Translations under genes and position numbers: made by a program
Part shown: positions 49,300 to 59,124 of the stretch, piece by piece
Numbering within the stretch: the first letter of the stretch is position 1
Layout: every line of letters begins with the position of its first letter
Notes under the pieces: model-generated
Seen by the model: only the letters and a program-made list of their open reading frames with translations
The model's database searches: none
Told to the model about the DNA's origin: nothing
Assembly: GCA_963793865.1 (NCBI GenBank)
Contig: CAWCBP010000008.1
Span: 320,001-384,000 of the forward strand
Source: an uncultured delta proteobacterium
GTDB lineage: Bacteria; Desulfobacterota; WTBG01
Reading direction: 5' to 3'
Length of the DNA stretch: 64,000 nt

Positions 49300-51456
49300 T
49301 CAGGGTTCCGGCTCAAATACCAGGATATAACGCTGCGGGATGAATTGTGCCCGGTCAACCAGGCGGAAGCCGTAGTGCTTCAGCTGGCTGATGATGAGCT
49401 CCGGGGCGATGCGGGGGCCGTAGTAGGGATTTTCAGCGTCCGCCAGGACGGCATTGTCGGCGATGACCAGCCGGGCGCCTTTTCGCAGGGAGCGCTTGAG
49501 GCTGTTGATGAAACCGTCTTTCACATATTCCAGCGAGCCCATGTAGATGGCGTGATACACGGAGCAGATGTACACCAGGTCCACGCTTTCGGGAGGCAGC
49601 GCGGCGTCATTGTCCCGGGCCAGGACGGTCTGAATGTTGCGCACCCCGTTTTTTATCGACACCTCCCTGACATAGTCAAGCATGGCTTGCGTGGTGTCGG
49701 TGGCGTAAACCATGCCATCCGGGCCTGCCAGTTCCGCGAACTTGAAGGTGTAATAGCCGGGGCCGCAGCCGATATCCGCGATGCGGGTGCCGGGCTTGAT
49801 GTTGAGAAACTCAATGACCCTGCCGGTGCGCTCCCAGTTTTCGCGATAGGGGCTGCTGAAGGCAATGAACTCGCCCCATTCGTTAAGCTGGCCCTGGGTC
49901 ACCGGGGCGGATCCGGGAAGCTCCAGGTCGCGAATGGAGAGCTTCTGAGCGCCCGGGCCGGCGTGCGCCGCGTCTTCGTCGTCGAGCACGGCGTCGAAAT
50001 AATATTTATAGCGCAGATAGGTCTTCAATACCCTGAAGTCGTCAACTGCCAGCCGCTCGAAGTAGCTGCGGACAAACCAATGGGCAAGCAACTCCTGTCT
50101 TAACCGGGGTGAGGCAAGCAGATACTCGCAGAACCATTGCCAGGCAAGATATTCGTCGCCGAACCGCTCCCGGGGAATCAACGCCCTGTAGGCTTCCAGG
50201 GCCGCATTGATGGTTGGCGGGTCCTTCTTTTCCAGGGCTGTGTACATCAGCCGCGCTGCCCGCCGGCCGGCCAGGGTAAAGCCCGGGGAGGAGGCGATCG
50301 GCGAGGAACGGAGCAAAGAAGATTTTGAGATGAGGGGGACGCAGTCATCGCCGAGTGGTCGGTCAAGCGGCGCGGGCTGCGGCTCCTCCGGCATCATCTT
50401 AAACACCAGGATGTAGCGCTGGGGAATGAACTGGTAGCTTTTGACCAGCTGCAGGCCATAATACCAGAGCTGGTTGATGATCAGTTCCCTGGCGAGATGG
50501 GGACCATGATAGGGAAGAGTCCTGTCTTCAACCAACCCGTTGTCCACGATCACCAGCATACCGTCCGGCTTGAGGTTGCTCTTGATGCTGTTGATGAATG
50601 TGCCGCGCTCTTCATCGGTGTCCAGGGCATATATATTGTGATACAGCGAGCAGAGGTAGGCCATGTCCGCTTTCCGGGGAAGCAGCATGCCTGTTGACGC
50701 CGGCACCACTGCTTCCACGTTCTTCACGCTGAGCTTCTTCACCAGCTTCGATACATAGTCAATATGCTGCTGATTGGTGTCTACCGCATACACAAGGCCG
50801 CGCTCGCCGACCATTTCCGCGAACTTGAAGGTATAGTAGCCGGGGCCGCAGCCGATGTCGGCCACCACGTCGCCCTTTTTCAAACCGAGGACTTCAAGGA
50901 TGCTTCCGGTCTTTTCCCATCGCTCGCGCCGGGGATTGTTGAAGAGGATGAAATCCTCCAGAAAGCGGAACCTTGGCTCCGACTTGGGCGTCGCCCGGTC
51001 CTTCCATTCCAGCAGGTGGTACTTCTTCTTGAGGTAGTCCCTGAGCGGCTCGAAGTCATCCCGGGAGAGATAATCGTACCACGCAGCCGTGATGGGGTCG
51101 GCGAGCATCTTCTCCCGCTCCTTTCCGGATGCCGCCATGAACTCGCCGATCCATTCCAGCGCGGTGTATTCCCCGCCGAAATTCTCCGAGGGTATGATCT
51201 GCCGGTAGATCTCTATCGCCTCACGGGCGGGCCGTGGATCCTTCCGGGTCAGACAGTCATACATCAGCGAGGCCGCCCTGGTGCCGCCTTCGGTGATGTC
51301 GAAGGAATCGAGGCTGCCCAGATGAATGAGGGAGGCCCTGGAGGTAACGCGGATGAAATGCGGGGGCGCCGACGGGACATCAGGCTGCCTGAGCAAAGGA
51401 GGCGGGGGCTGCCGCAACGGCGCCGAGCAGGAGGTAACTAAATAAAGAGGTTTCAT
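49300..51456 (-). CDS. Internally duplicated protein with two class I SAM-dependent methyltransferase domains
   Basis: ADIGCGPGYYTFKFAE twice and QFIPQRYILVF twice. Each is preceded by a helical E.FG.EY.A..W unit. Confidence 0.85.
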   Translation of the reverse strand: MKPLYLVTSCSAPLRQPPPPLLRQPDVPSAPPHFIRVTSRASLIHLGSLDSFDITEGGTRAASLMYDCLTRKDPRPAREAIEIYRQIIPSENFGGEYTALEWIGEFMAASGKEREKMLADPITAAWYDYLSRDDFEPLRDYLKKKYHLLEWKDRATPKSEPRFRFLEDFILFNNPRRERWEKTGSILEVLGLKKGDVVADIGCGPGYYTFKFAEMVGERGLVYAVDTNQQHIDYVSKLVKKLSVKNVEAVVPASTGMLLPRKADMAYLCSLYHNIYALDTDEERGTFINSIKSNLKPDGMLVIVDNGLVEDRTLPYHGPHLARELIINQLWYYGLQLVKSYQFIPQRYILVFKMMPEEPQPAPLDRPLGDDCVPLISKSSLLRSSPIASSPGFTLAGRRAARLMYTALEKKDPPTINAALEAYRALIPRERFGDEYLAWQWFCEYLLASPRLRQELLAHWFVRSYFERLAVDDFRVLKTYLRYKYYFDAVLDDEDAAHAGPGAQKLSIRDLELPGSAPVTQGQLNEWGEFIAFSSPYRENWERTGRVIEFLNIKPGTRIADIGCGPGYYTFKFAELAGPDGMVYATDTTQAMLDYVREVSIKNGVRNIQTVLARDNDAALPPESVDLVYICSVYHAIYMGSLEYVKDGFINSLKRSLRKGARLVIADNAVLADAENPYYGPRIAPELIISQLKHYGFRLVDRAQFIPQRYILVFEPEP

Positions 51457-52925
51457 GGTTTTGAACAGCTTTCCCGGGCAATATGCGGGGGTCCTGAGTG
51501 AGTTCCGTGCATATAAGGATTAAGCGGGCCGTCCGCATAGCGTGCCGGGGCAAACGGCATATATTCCTTCTGGTGAAACTGCTGCACCACCTCGTCGGCG
51601 AAAAACGCCCCCAGCGGGGTAAGCTCAACGCGGGACCCGGTTTCGCTGATAAGCCCGAACTCTTTAAGGCCTGCAAAAATGCCGGGGAAGGCTTCGGCCA
51701 GGGGAACCCCGGTCACCGCTTCAAAATGCTTTTTTCTGATAAAATAGTTCTTCAGCGGCAGTATGATTGCCCACCGCGTCTGCTCATCTTTGCTGCGCAC
51801 CAGGCCGCGATTGAGCGGCAGGCGCCCCGCCTCAACGGCGCCATAGTACTCGTCAAAGTACTGCACGTTCAGGCTGAAGCGGTCGCGCATGCTGCTGAAC
51901 GCGGTCAGCCCGAACCCTATCTGGTCGAGCAGGGCGCAGCACTGGTTGAAGGCGTACAGCGAAATGTCCGACCGTTTCCTGGTAAACACCCGCCGCAGGT
52001 TCTCGTGAAAGCCGCTGCGGGCGAGCAGGTCGATGGCCACCTGCTTCATCAGGAACATGTCTTCAACCGCTATCATTTCATCGGGACGGATCTCCCGCAC
52101 CTTTTGAATCACCCCCTGCTGGTCCCCGTAGGGTATGACCTTGAGCCGGTAAAACTGGATTTCGTCGACGCCGGCGCCCAGCGCCTGCTCCAGCACCGCC
52201 ACCCAGTTTTCCATGGTCTGACCGGGATACCCGAAGATGAATTCAATGTTCACCTTGTAGCCGTATTCCTGCGAGTTCCTGATGGACTCAAGCGCAACCG
52301 CGGCATCATGTGAACGGTTCATCCGTTTGAGTATGGCGTCATTGAAGGACTGCACCCCGATGGTCAGGCGGTTGACGCCGAACGACCTCATGATGCGCAG
52401 CCGCTCCCTGCCTTCGGGACCCACCAGGGTTGAAGGATCAACGTCATAATTGAACTGCCGGCATCCGCCCATGTCCAGCCGGGAGGTGAAGAAGGTCAGG
52501 AAGCGCTCCAGCTGTGCCGGGGTCAGGTCGGTCGGCGTCCCGCCGCCGACCAGGATGGAGCGCGCTTTAATGGAGCTGATTCCCAGCCGGCGCAGGTAGA
52601 GATCCATCTCCCTTTCCAGCGCAGTGAGGTAGCGGTCTTTTTCCGCATCAGCCGCGCCGTAGAGGGAGGGATAGTGGCAGAACACGCAGCGGCGCATGCA
52701 AAAGGGAATGTGCACGTAGAGATCAAACATGCCGTCCGGCGGCAGGGTGTACGTGTCAAACAGCGCTTCTTCGGTAACCGGCGGATACATGGTAATCGGC
52801 GGATAGTGGACCGAGGGGAAGAAGTCCCCGTCCATGGGAACGAGCCCCGCCTTCCTGAGCCGCCGGTAATCGTCCAGTCTCGGGCGGGCCGCATCCAGCA
52901 TTTCCCTGATTTCGCCGCTACGCAT
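51453..52925 (-). CDS. HemN-like (class C) radical SAM protein
   Basis: LYVHIPFCMRRCVFC, GGGTPT, RLTIGVQSF, FIFGYPGQT and a HemN_C-like LTPLG.FFADEV. Confidence 0.85.
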   Translation of the reverse strand: MRSGEIREMLDAARPRLDDYRRLRKAGLVPMDGDFFPSVHYPPITMYPPVTEEALFDTYTLPPDGMFDLYVHIPFCMRRCVFCHYPSLYGAADAEKDRYLTALEREMDLYLRRLGISSIKARSILVGGGTPTDLTPAQLERFLTFFTSRLDMGGCRQFNYDVDPSTLVGPEGRERLRIMRSFGVNRLTIGVQSFNDAILKRMNRSHDAAVALESIRNSQEYGYKVNIEFIFGYPGQTMENWVAVLEQALGAGVDEIQFYRLKVIPYGDQQGVIQKVREIRPDEMIAVEDMFLMKQVAIDLLARSGFHENLRRVFTRKRSDISLYAFNQCCALLDQIGFGLTAFSSMRDRFSLNVQYFDEYYGAVEAGRLPLNRGLVRSKDEQTRWAIILPLKNYFIRKKHFEAVTGVPLAEAFPGIFAGLKEFGLISETGSRVELTPLGAFFADEVVQQFHQKEYMPFAPARYADGPLNPYMHGTHSGPPHIARESCSKP

Positions 52926-53991
52926 GAAAGGCCTCCATGGAGAGTCGCATGCCCGCGCGGCGCACAATGTCTTCAAGGTGCGCTTCATTCGGCACAACGC
53001 GCTTGAGGGAGTAGATGGGGAAAAGGCGCTTCAGCTCCGGGGGCGTTCCGTCGTGAATGGTGACGGTATTGGCGCCGGCCGTCAATCCGCGGTACTGCCC
53101 CTCCGGCGCTGCTTTTTCCAGGGAACTGGTGGCCGGCATGAGCACGGAGGGATTCATGATCCTCATCAGGGCCATGACGGCAAGGGTACGATCCAGGCTC
53201 CCCATCGGTTCATCCCGGCAGCAGGAGTCTTCCGAGGGGATAAATGCCGTGCAGCTCACCATGGACAGGGGATATTGTTGCACCAGCAGCAAATCAGCCG
53301 CGATGTCCTCCAGCGTCTGGCCGGGCAGGCCGACGATGTTTCCGGTGCCGACCGCGAAGCCGGCGGACAAAAGGTGCTCAATGCACGCCAGCCGCCGCGT
53401 GAGCGAGTCACCGGGTTTCAATTGTTCATAGAGCGCGGGATTGGCTGTTTCAAACTTGAGAATATAGCGCTCCGCCCCCGCTTTCCTGAGCCGGCGATAC
53501 TGGTCGGGACGCAGATTGCCGAGGCACAGGATGACCAGCAGGTCGCTGAAGCGGGCCTTCACCCTCTCGACGCAGCGGCACACATAGTCGACAAAGGATT
53601 GAGCGGGGTTTTCACCCGACTGCAGGAGTATGACCCGCCTGCCCTTCAGGTAAACGGAGGCAACAATTTGTTCAAATGCCTCCGGGTCAATCCGGTAGCG
53701 TTCCCGCTTCGAGCTTCTGGCCATGTTGCAATAGAGGCAGTCGCGCACGCAGGTATTGGATATTTCGATCACGCTCCGCACTTCCACTTTTTTTTCAGGA
53801 AAGTGGAGGTCCCGCGTCTTCCGTGCCAGGGCAAAGAGAAGGGATTGCGCTTCACCGTCGAAGGAGAGTGCCTCTTTCAGCAGGGAGGGATGGAAATCAC
53901 CGCTCGCAAGCGCATCAATCACTTCATGAAATGCCATCTGCCGCGTGCTTTCGACACACATGGTATCCTGTCCCTTGGTGACTCTGCTCAC
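52918..53991 (-). CDS. BioB/HydE/PylB-like radical SAM protein
   Basis: IEISNTCVRDCLYC, LLQSGE, KFETAN, GNIVGLPGQT, PATSSLE and AGAN. Confidence 0.85.
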   Translation of the reverse strand: MSRVTKGQDTMCVESTRQMAFHEVIDALASGDFHPSLLKEALSFDGEAQSLLFALARKTRDLHFPEKKVEVRSVIEISNTCVRDCLYCNMARSSKRERYRIDPEAFEQIVASVYLKGRRVILLQSGENPAQSFVDYVCRCVERVKARFSDLLVILCLGNLRPDQYRRLRKAGAERYILKFETANPALYEQLKPGDSLTRRLACIEHLLSAGFAVGTGNIVGLPGQTLEDIAADLLLVQQYPLSMVSCTAFIPSEDSCCRDEPMGSLDRTLAVMALMRIMNPSVLMPATSSLEKAAPEGQYRGLTAGANTVTIHDGTPPELKRLFPIYSLKRVVPNEAHLEDIVRRAGMRLSMEAFHA

Positions 53992-54875
53992 ACCCTGCAG
54001 AGCAGTATCACCCCGAACACCGTAAGCACCGCCCCGGCTATCTCCATCAGGGTGACCCGCTCCTTTAAAAACACCACCGCCAGCGGAATGACGAACAGGG
54101 GCTCAGCCGCGCTCAGCGCGTTGGCGATGGCAATCTCGACGTGCTTTATGGCCACCAGCGACAGCCAGAAGCCGCCGAAGGTGACCACGCACACCGAGAT
54201 CACGAATACGCCGAGCATGTTCATGTCGCTGAAGGGGTTGATCCACTCCCTCACCCGGCCGGTGAGCATGCCGAAGATGAGCATGCCCAGGGTTCCCGCG
54301 ACCATGCGAATGAAGGTGGCGGTCATGGTTGAAACCGAGCCCAGCGCCTGCTTGGCAATAATCAGCGAGATCGACATGGCCAGCATGGAGAAAAAGCCCA
54401 GCAGGATGCCCCGCATCCTGGTCGGCCGGTGGGTTTCATCCCGCGAAATCTGGGTGAGCAGCACCATGGCAATGCCGGCGAGGACCACCCCTATGCCCGT
54501 CCACTCCCCCGGCCGGGGCACCTCTCCCAGAAAAAGGATGGCCAGCAGCGCGGTGAGAATCTGTCCGGCCATGAAAAACACGATCAACCCGACCGGGCCG
54601 AGGTCCTGCAGGGCGGCAAAAAAAAGCGTGTCTCCAACGGCTATCCCCAGTATGCCGCTCACCAGCAGGAGGCCGAGCGCCCCGCCGGGAATGGCGCCGT
54701 ATCCGGTGATGCAGAGCACCGCCCCCAGCAGCAGCGAGCTCACCGCCCCCTTGCTCAGGGTCATGCCGAAGGGGGTGACCGTCTCACCGATGCGCTTGAA
54801 GAGAATTGAGCCAACTGCCCATGATGCCGCGGAACCGAGCGCAGCGCCCATGCCCAGCAGCTTAAGGTCTGTCAC
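53988..54875 (-). CDS. EamA/DMT family transporter
   Basis: About 10 TM helices in two repeats; FLGE and FLKERV motifs. Confidence 0.85.
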   Translation of the reverse strand: MTDLKLLGMGAALGSAASWAVGSILFKRIGETVTPFGMTLSKGAVSSLLLGAVLCITGYGAIPGGALGLLLVSGILGIAVGDTLFFAALQDLGPVGLIVFFMAGQILTALLAILFLGEVPRPGEWTGIGVVLAGIAMVLLTQISRDETHRPTRMRGILLGFFSMLAMSISLIIAKQALGSVSTMTATFIRMVAGTLGMLIFGMLTGRVREWINPFSDMNMLGVFVISVCVVTFGGFWLSLVAIKHVEIAIANALSAAEPLFVIPLAVVFLKERVTLMEIAGAVLTVFGVILLCRV

Positions 54876-54922
54876 GTCTCCTCCTGTGGATCTTCAACGG
54901 ACGGCAACCGGGTCATGCCGGA

Positions 54923-56212
54923 TCACTCGTACCGCAGCGCGTCGATGGGATTGAGGCGCGCCGCCTTCCGCGCCGGGAAAAAGCCGAAGATGATGCCGAT
55001 GGCCGCGGAGACCATCACCGAGACAAAAATCATTTGTGCCCTGATCAGGGCGCTGAAGGCGGTAAACCCGTTGATGCCCCATGCGGCAGCCAGCGCCAGC
55101 AGCACCCCGCAAATGCCGCCGATCAGGCTCAATACCACCGCCTCGGTGAGAAACTGCACCATGATGTCGCTGCGGCATGCCCCCACCGACATGCGTATGC
55201 CGATCTCGTGAGTTCTTTCGGTGACTGACACCAGCATGATGTTCATGATGCCGATGCCCCCCACGATCAGCGCGATGCCCGCGATGGCGGCCAGAAAGCT
55301 GGTCATCAGCTTTGAGGATCTGGTGACCACCTCAATGATTTCAGTCTGGTTCTGAATGGTGAAATCATCCTCCCCGCTCTCCAGGCGATGGGCATCACGG
55401 AGGGCGGCTCGCATCTCCTCCTCGGCGTCTTCAAGCACATCCTCCGACACCGCGCTTGCGGTAATCAGATCGATGTAACGCCCGCCCTTGAGACGGTACA
55501 GCACCGTGGTGGCCGGGGCGATGACCAGGTCGTCCTGGTCCATCCCCCTTCCGCCCTGCCCCTTTTCCTCAAGCACGCCGATGACGGTGAAGGGTATGTT
55601 TCTGATGCGGACCTTCTGCCCCACGGGATTTTCGCCGGCAAACAGCTCGTCGGCAACCGTCCTGCCGAGCAGCGCAACCTTTCTTCGCCCGTTCACATCC
55701 TTTTCGGTGAAAAGCGTGCCCTGCTCCGGCTTCCAGTTTTTTATCTTAAAATAATCGGTGCCCACCCCGCATATTTCGGTTGCCCAGTTGGCACTTCCGG
55801 CGATGACCTGCCCGCCCGCCATGACCAGCGGCGATATGGCCCGGAGCTGTGTCACCGATTGTCTGATCTTCTCCACGTCATCCAGGGTAAAACGGTTGAG
55901 GCTTCCCATGCCCCGCTGCACACCTCCCAGGCGGCTTGATCCGGGAGAGACAATGATCACGTTCGTGCCCAGGAGGTTGATTTCCTTCCTGATCAGGTCC
56001 TGGGTTCCCTCCCCGACCGCCGACATGACGATCACCCCGCTTACACCGATGATGATGCCCAGCGAGGTCAGCATGCTGCGCAGCTTGTTCTTGAGAATGC
56101 TCCTGAGGGCGATCCCGAGCAGATTCTTAAATATTAGCGGCAACCCCATATCCTGCACCATGTGTTCTGCCGGTCCCGCATCCGGCGGCGCCCGGTGGGC
56201 CGAAACGCTCAC
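54923..56212 (-). CDS. MacB/FtsX-type ABC transporter permease
   Basis: RSMLTSLGIIIGV, GGIGIMNIMLVSVTERTHEIGIR and PIDALRYE. Confidence 0.92.
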   Translation of the reverse strand: MSVSAHRAPPDAGPAEHMVQDMGLPLIFKNLLGIALRSILKNKLRSMLTSLGIIIGVSGVIVMSAVGEGTQDLIRKEINLLGTNVIIVSPGSSRLGGVQRGMGSLNRFTLDDVEKIRQSVTQLRAISPLVMAGGQVIAGSANWATEICGVGTDYFKIKNWKPEQGTLFTEKDVNGRRKVALLGRTVADELFAGENPVGQKVRIRNIPFTVIGVLEEKGQGGRGMDQDDLVIAPATTVLYRLKGGRYIDLITASAVSEDVLEDAEEEMRAALRDAHRLESGEDDFTIQNQTEIIEVVTRSSKLMTSFLAAIAGIALIVGGIGIMNIMLVSVTERTHEIGIRMSVGACRSDIMVQFLTEAVVLSLIGGICGVLLALAAAWGINGFTAFSALIRAQMIFVSVMVSAAIGIIFGFFPARKAARLNPIDALRYE

Positions 56213-57510
56213 AGGCCGGGGGGCGGCGGTCCGGGCGGCGGACCCATGGACCCCGGCTGGTCTCCCATCAGTATCCGATTCACATTGCCAATGCTCTTGC
56301 CGCCCTTGTCTGTGCTGCTCACTCCGCAGAGCACCTGCATGCCTTCCTGAAGCATGCCCGGATCGGAGAGCTCGGTAAACATCCCGTCGGCAATGCCGGT
56401 CTTCACCCGCTCCATTGTCAGACGGCCGTCCCGGTCAATGAACCACAGTTGACCGTCGCTGTCCCGGGAGGCATCCTGCCCGGAAGGGGAGGCCGTGCGG
56501 GCCGCGCCGTCTTCCTGCGGCCTCTTGAGGCCGCCTCCGGCTGACTCCCCGGAGGGCTGAAACTGAAGCGCGGCGGTGGGAACGAGCAGGACACCGCTTC
56601 TCTCCGCGATCACAAAGTCAACCTCGGCGGTCATGCCCGGAAGCAGCAGGTGATCCTCATTGACGGCGTCAACCACCACCGTATAGTTAACCACGTTGGA
56701 TATCAGCCTGGGCTGCAGGCGGATTTTTTTCACCACCCCTCCAAAGACCCTGCCGTCATATGCCTGGACCTCGAACTGCACCTTCTGCCCCTCTTTGATT
56801 TCACCTATGTCGCTCTCATCCACGTTTACCAGGATTTCCAGGTGCGACAGGTCGGCGGCAATCTCAAACAGCGTGGGCGTGGCAAAATTGGCCGCGAGCG
56901 TCTGCCCTTCCTCCACGTTTTTCGCGATCACGATGCCGTCAATGGGTGAGCGGATCACCGCGTACTCGAGATTGCGCCGGGCCTTCTGCAGGGTGGCCCT
57001 GGCTGATTGCAGCTCCGCCTGCCGTGTTTTTAACTTGACCCGGGTGGTTATGAACTGGAAGTCGGAAATGACCCCTTTTTTAAAAATCGGCAGATTGCGA
57101 TCATACTCCGCCTGTGCTTCCTCCACGGCCGCTTCTTTATTGCTCACGTTCGCTTCCGCGTTATCCACCTCCGCCTTGAAGAGCGAGGTGTCCAGCTCTG
57201 CCAGGAGCTGATCTTTTTTGACCCCGTCGTTGTAATCCACGTGAATTCTGGCAATGGTGCCTGATACCTGCGTGCCCACCTCCACCTTGGTTACCGGATC
57301 AAGCGGGCCGCTGCAGGATATGGTTTTCCTGATGTCGCCCCTGCTGATGGCGGCCATTTTGTACGGGGCATTCCCGCGCTGCGCAAAAAACCCTCCGATA
57401 AAACGCACCAATCCCGCGAGCACGATTGCGCCTACCAGTAGCCACAGCAACCTCCCTCTCGCGCCCTTTTTAGCCGTCATGGGCGGTTCGATGCTTTCCT
57501 GCGACGCCAT
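56209..57510 (-). CDS. MacA-like periplasmic adaptor (membrane fusion protein)
   Basis: VEVGTQVSG, IRSPIDG, VDESDIG and LLPGMTA. Confidence 0.92.
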   Translation of the reverse strand: MASQESIEPPMTAKKGARGRLLWLLVGAIVLAGLVRFIGGFFAQRGNAPYKMAAISRGDIRKTISCSGPLDPVTKVEVGTQVSGTIARIHVDYNDGVKKDQLLAELDTSLFKAEVDNAEANVSNKEAAVEEAQAEYDRNLPIFKKGVISDFQFITTRVKLKTRQAELQSARATLQKARRNLEYAVIRSPIDGIVIAKNVEEGQTLAANFATPTLFEIAADLSHLEILVNVDESDIGEIKEGQKVQFEVQAYDGRVFGGVVKKIRLQPRLISNVVNYTVVVDAVNEDHLLLPGMTAEVDFVIAERSGVLLVPTAALQFQPSGESAGGGLKRPQEDGAARTASPSGQDASRDSDGQLWFIDRDGRLTMERVKTGIADGMFTELSDPGMLQEGMQVLCGVSSTDKGGKSIGNVNRILMGDQPGSMGPPPGPPPPGL

Positions 57511-57617
57511 GTTTTCACCGTCTCATGTTCTTTCGGAATTGAATCGTCACCGCGCGAGGTTACAATACGGGTACTTTATATAATAAGCGCATAAAAACAC
57601 AATATTAAAATTGACAA

Positions 57618-58328
57618 TTGTCCCAAAGTTCTATACATGTCATTAGGAAAAAGCCACCGTGTGAGCCCGCACCCATGTCAGCAATGAAACAGATCATTGC
57701 AGCCCGCCACTACAGCTCTTCTGACTCTTTGATCCCTTTTGTGCGTGATTCCTCTCATCCCCAGCCGGCTGTTTGCCGCCCCGCCCCCCGATCATTGCCC
57801 GACCGGATTTACATCATCGGGTTTTCCGGCGTGGGGAAAACAACCGAGGGAGCAATAATCGCCCACATGCTCGGTCGGAAATTTATTGACCTGGATCAGG
57901 CGATTACCGGAAGCACCGGGAAGACCATACCGCAGATTTTCGAGGAAGGGGGACAAGACCGCTTTCGCGCCGTCGAGACACGTGTGCTCCACGAACTGGC
58001 GGCAGCCGAACACAACGCGGTTATTGCCTGCGGGGGAGGGACGGTCTGTGAACGGATAAACCGCCGCATCCTCAAAGAGAGCGGCCTCAGCATCCTGCTC
58101 GTTGCCGATGTGCAGACGATCTATAAGCGCACGCGTTCGTCCGACCGGCCGCTGCTGAGCGGCGCGGACCCGCTGCGAAAGATTGAGGAGCTCCTGCGCG
58201 ATCGCCGTCCTCTCTACCTCGAGTGCGCTGACTGCATCTTCTCAACGGGCCGGACATTGCCCGATGAGGTTGGAAGAGACATATGTAATTACTATCTGGC
58301 CGGGCAGCCCCAGGCCGGTATGCGTTAG
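57618..58328 (+). CDS. aroK: Shikimate kinase (start uncertain)
   Basis: IGFSGVGKTT P-loop, FIDLD, FRAVE, GGGTV, RPLL and R..LY. Confidence 0.85.
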   Translation: MSQSSIHVIRKKPPCEPAPMSAMKQIIAARHYSSSDSLIPFVRDSSHPQPAVCRPAPRSLPDRIYIIGFSGVGKTTEGAIIAHMLGRKFIDLDQAITGSTGKTIPQIFEEGGQDRFRAVETRVLHELAAAEHNAVIACGGGTVCERINRRILKESGLSILLVADVQTIYKRTRSSDRPLLSGADPLRKIEELLRDRRPLYLECADCIFSTGRTLPDEVGRDICNYYLAGQPQAGMR

Positions 58329-58381
58329 CACATTAAAAAAGTGTAATCGGTAAAAGCAGCTCAAACATGGAGGATTTCAAA

Positions 58382-58804
58382 ATGGGTCCGGGAGAGAATG
58401 CGGTTTCTTATTTTGAGCAGGGAAATAACTGAGCGGTGTCAGTGTTTCGCTCGTTGAGCGAACTGGTTGATGCCGGTGAGAGGATGGACTATCATCTGGC
58501 GGCGGGATTCGGAGGCGGCCTGGGCAGAAACGGTTACGTGTGCGGTGCCGTCGCGGCTGCAACCATGATTATCAGCCTGGAGGGAAGGGGAAAGGAGAAG
58601 AAGGAGATCTACAGAGATGTGGATGGATTTCTTAATGATTTCAAATCCCGCTTCGGAGAGGTTAATTGCCGCGGACTGCTGGGAGTGGACCTTAAAACCA
58701 AAGAGGGAATGGCATTTCTCGCAACAGAGGGACACAAAAAGTGCGCTGACTATGTCCGTTACGCCGCGGACCGGGTGGGGGACATGATTAGTGTGAAGGA
58801 GTGA
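58382..58804 (+). CDS. C-GCAxxG-C-C family redox protein, probable selenoprotein (UGA at 58430-58432)
   Basis: GGAGG RBS, ATG at 58382, then MGPGENAVSYFEQGNN*AVSV in frame with GFGGG..CGAV..VNC..KC. The UGA sits at the family's first Cys position (N-C-A). Confidence 0.82.
58446..58462 (+). promoter_or_regulatory. Candidate SECIS hairpin
   Basis: TTCGCTC-gtt-GAGCGAA, 13 nt after the UGA, with G first in the loop. Confidence 0.55.
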
Positions 58805-59024
58805 GGGGAGATAGGACGAATGATGCAGGATACAGGATACATGATGCACGATACAGGATGTGAGGTGAGGCAAATCCGAAGCGCGAAGAGAGGTAAACCC
58901 TAATTTCAAAATCCCAAATCCCAAAGAAATCCAAAATCCAAATGTCAAATGCTCAAAACGGAAACCACGAAAGACGCGGAAACAACATACTTCACCAGAG
59001 CGTGAAGGAAAACGACAGGCAACA

Positions 59025-59086
59025 GTAGGGGCAACCCCCTGTGGTTGCCCTTTGATATCCGGGCAGGCACAGGGGCCTGCCCCTAC
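59025..59086. repeat. GTAG-type REP-like palindrome, family 1
   Basis: Copy of 8692-8753. Confidence 0.85.
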
Positions 59087-59124
59087 TCAACCGACAAACA
59101 AGGGAACGGGCAAACCAGCAAACC

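Noticed and set aside
51453..53991. Assigning hemN, hydE or bioB gene symbols
   Set aside because: Only family-level motifs are visible and the context does not support those pathways. bioF is ~9 kb away in another operon.
17686..58804. Genome-wide UGA reassignment (genetic code 4 or 25)
   Set aside because: Many genes end normally in TGA (10407, aroE, bioF) and Trp is TGG. The three in-frame UGAs all fall on Cys positions.
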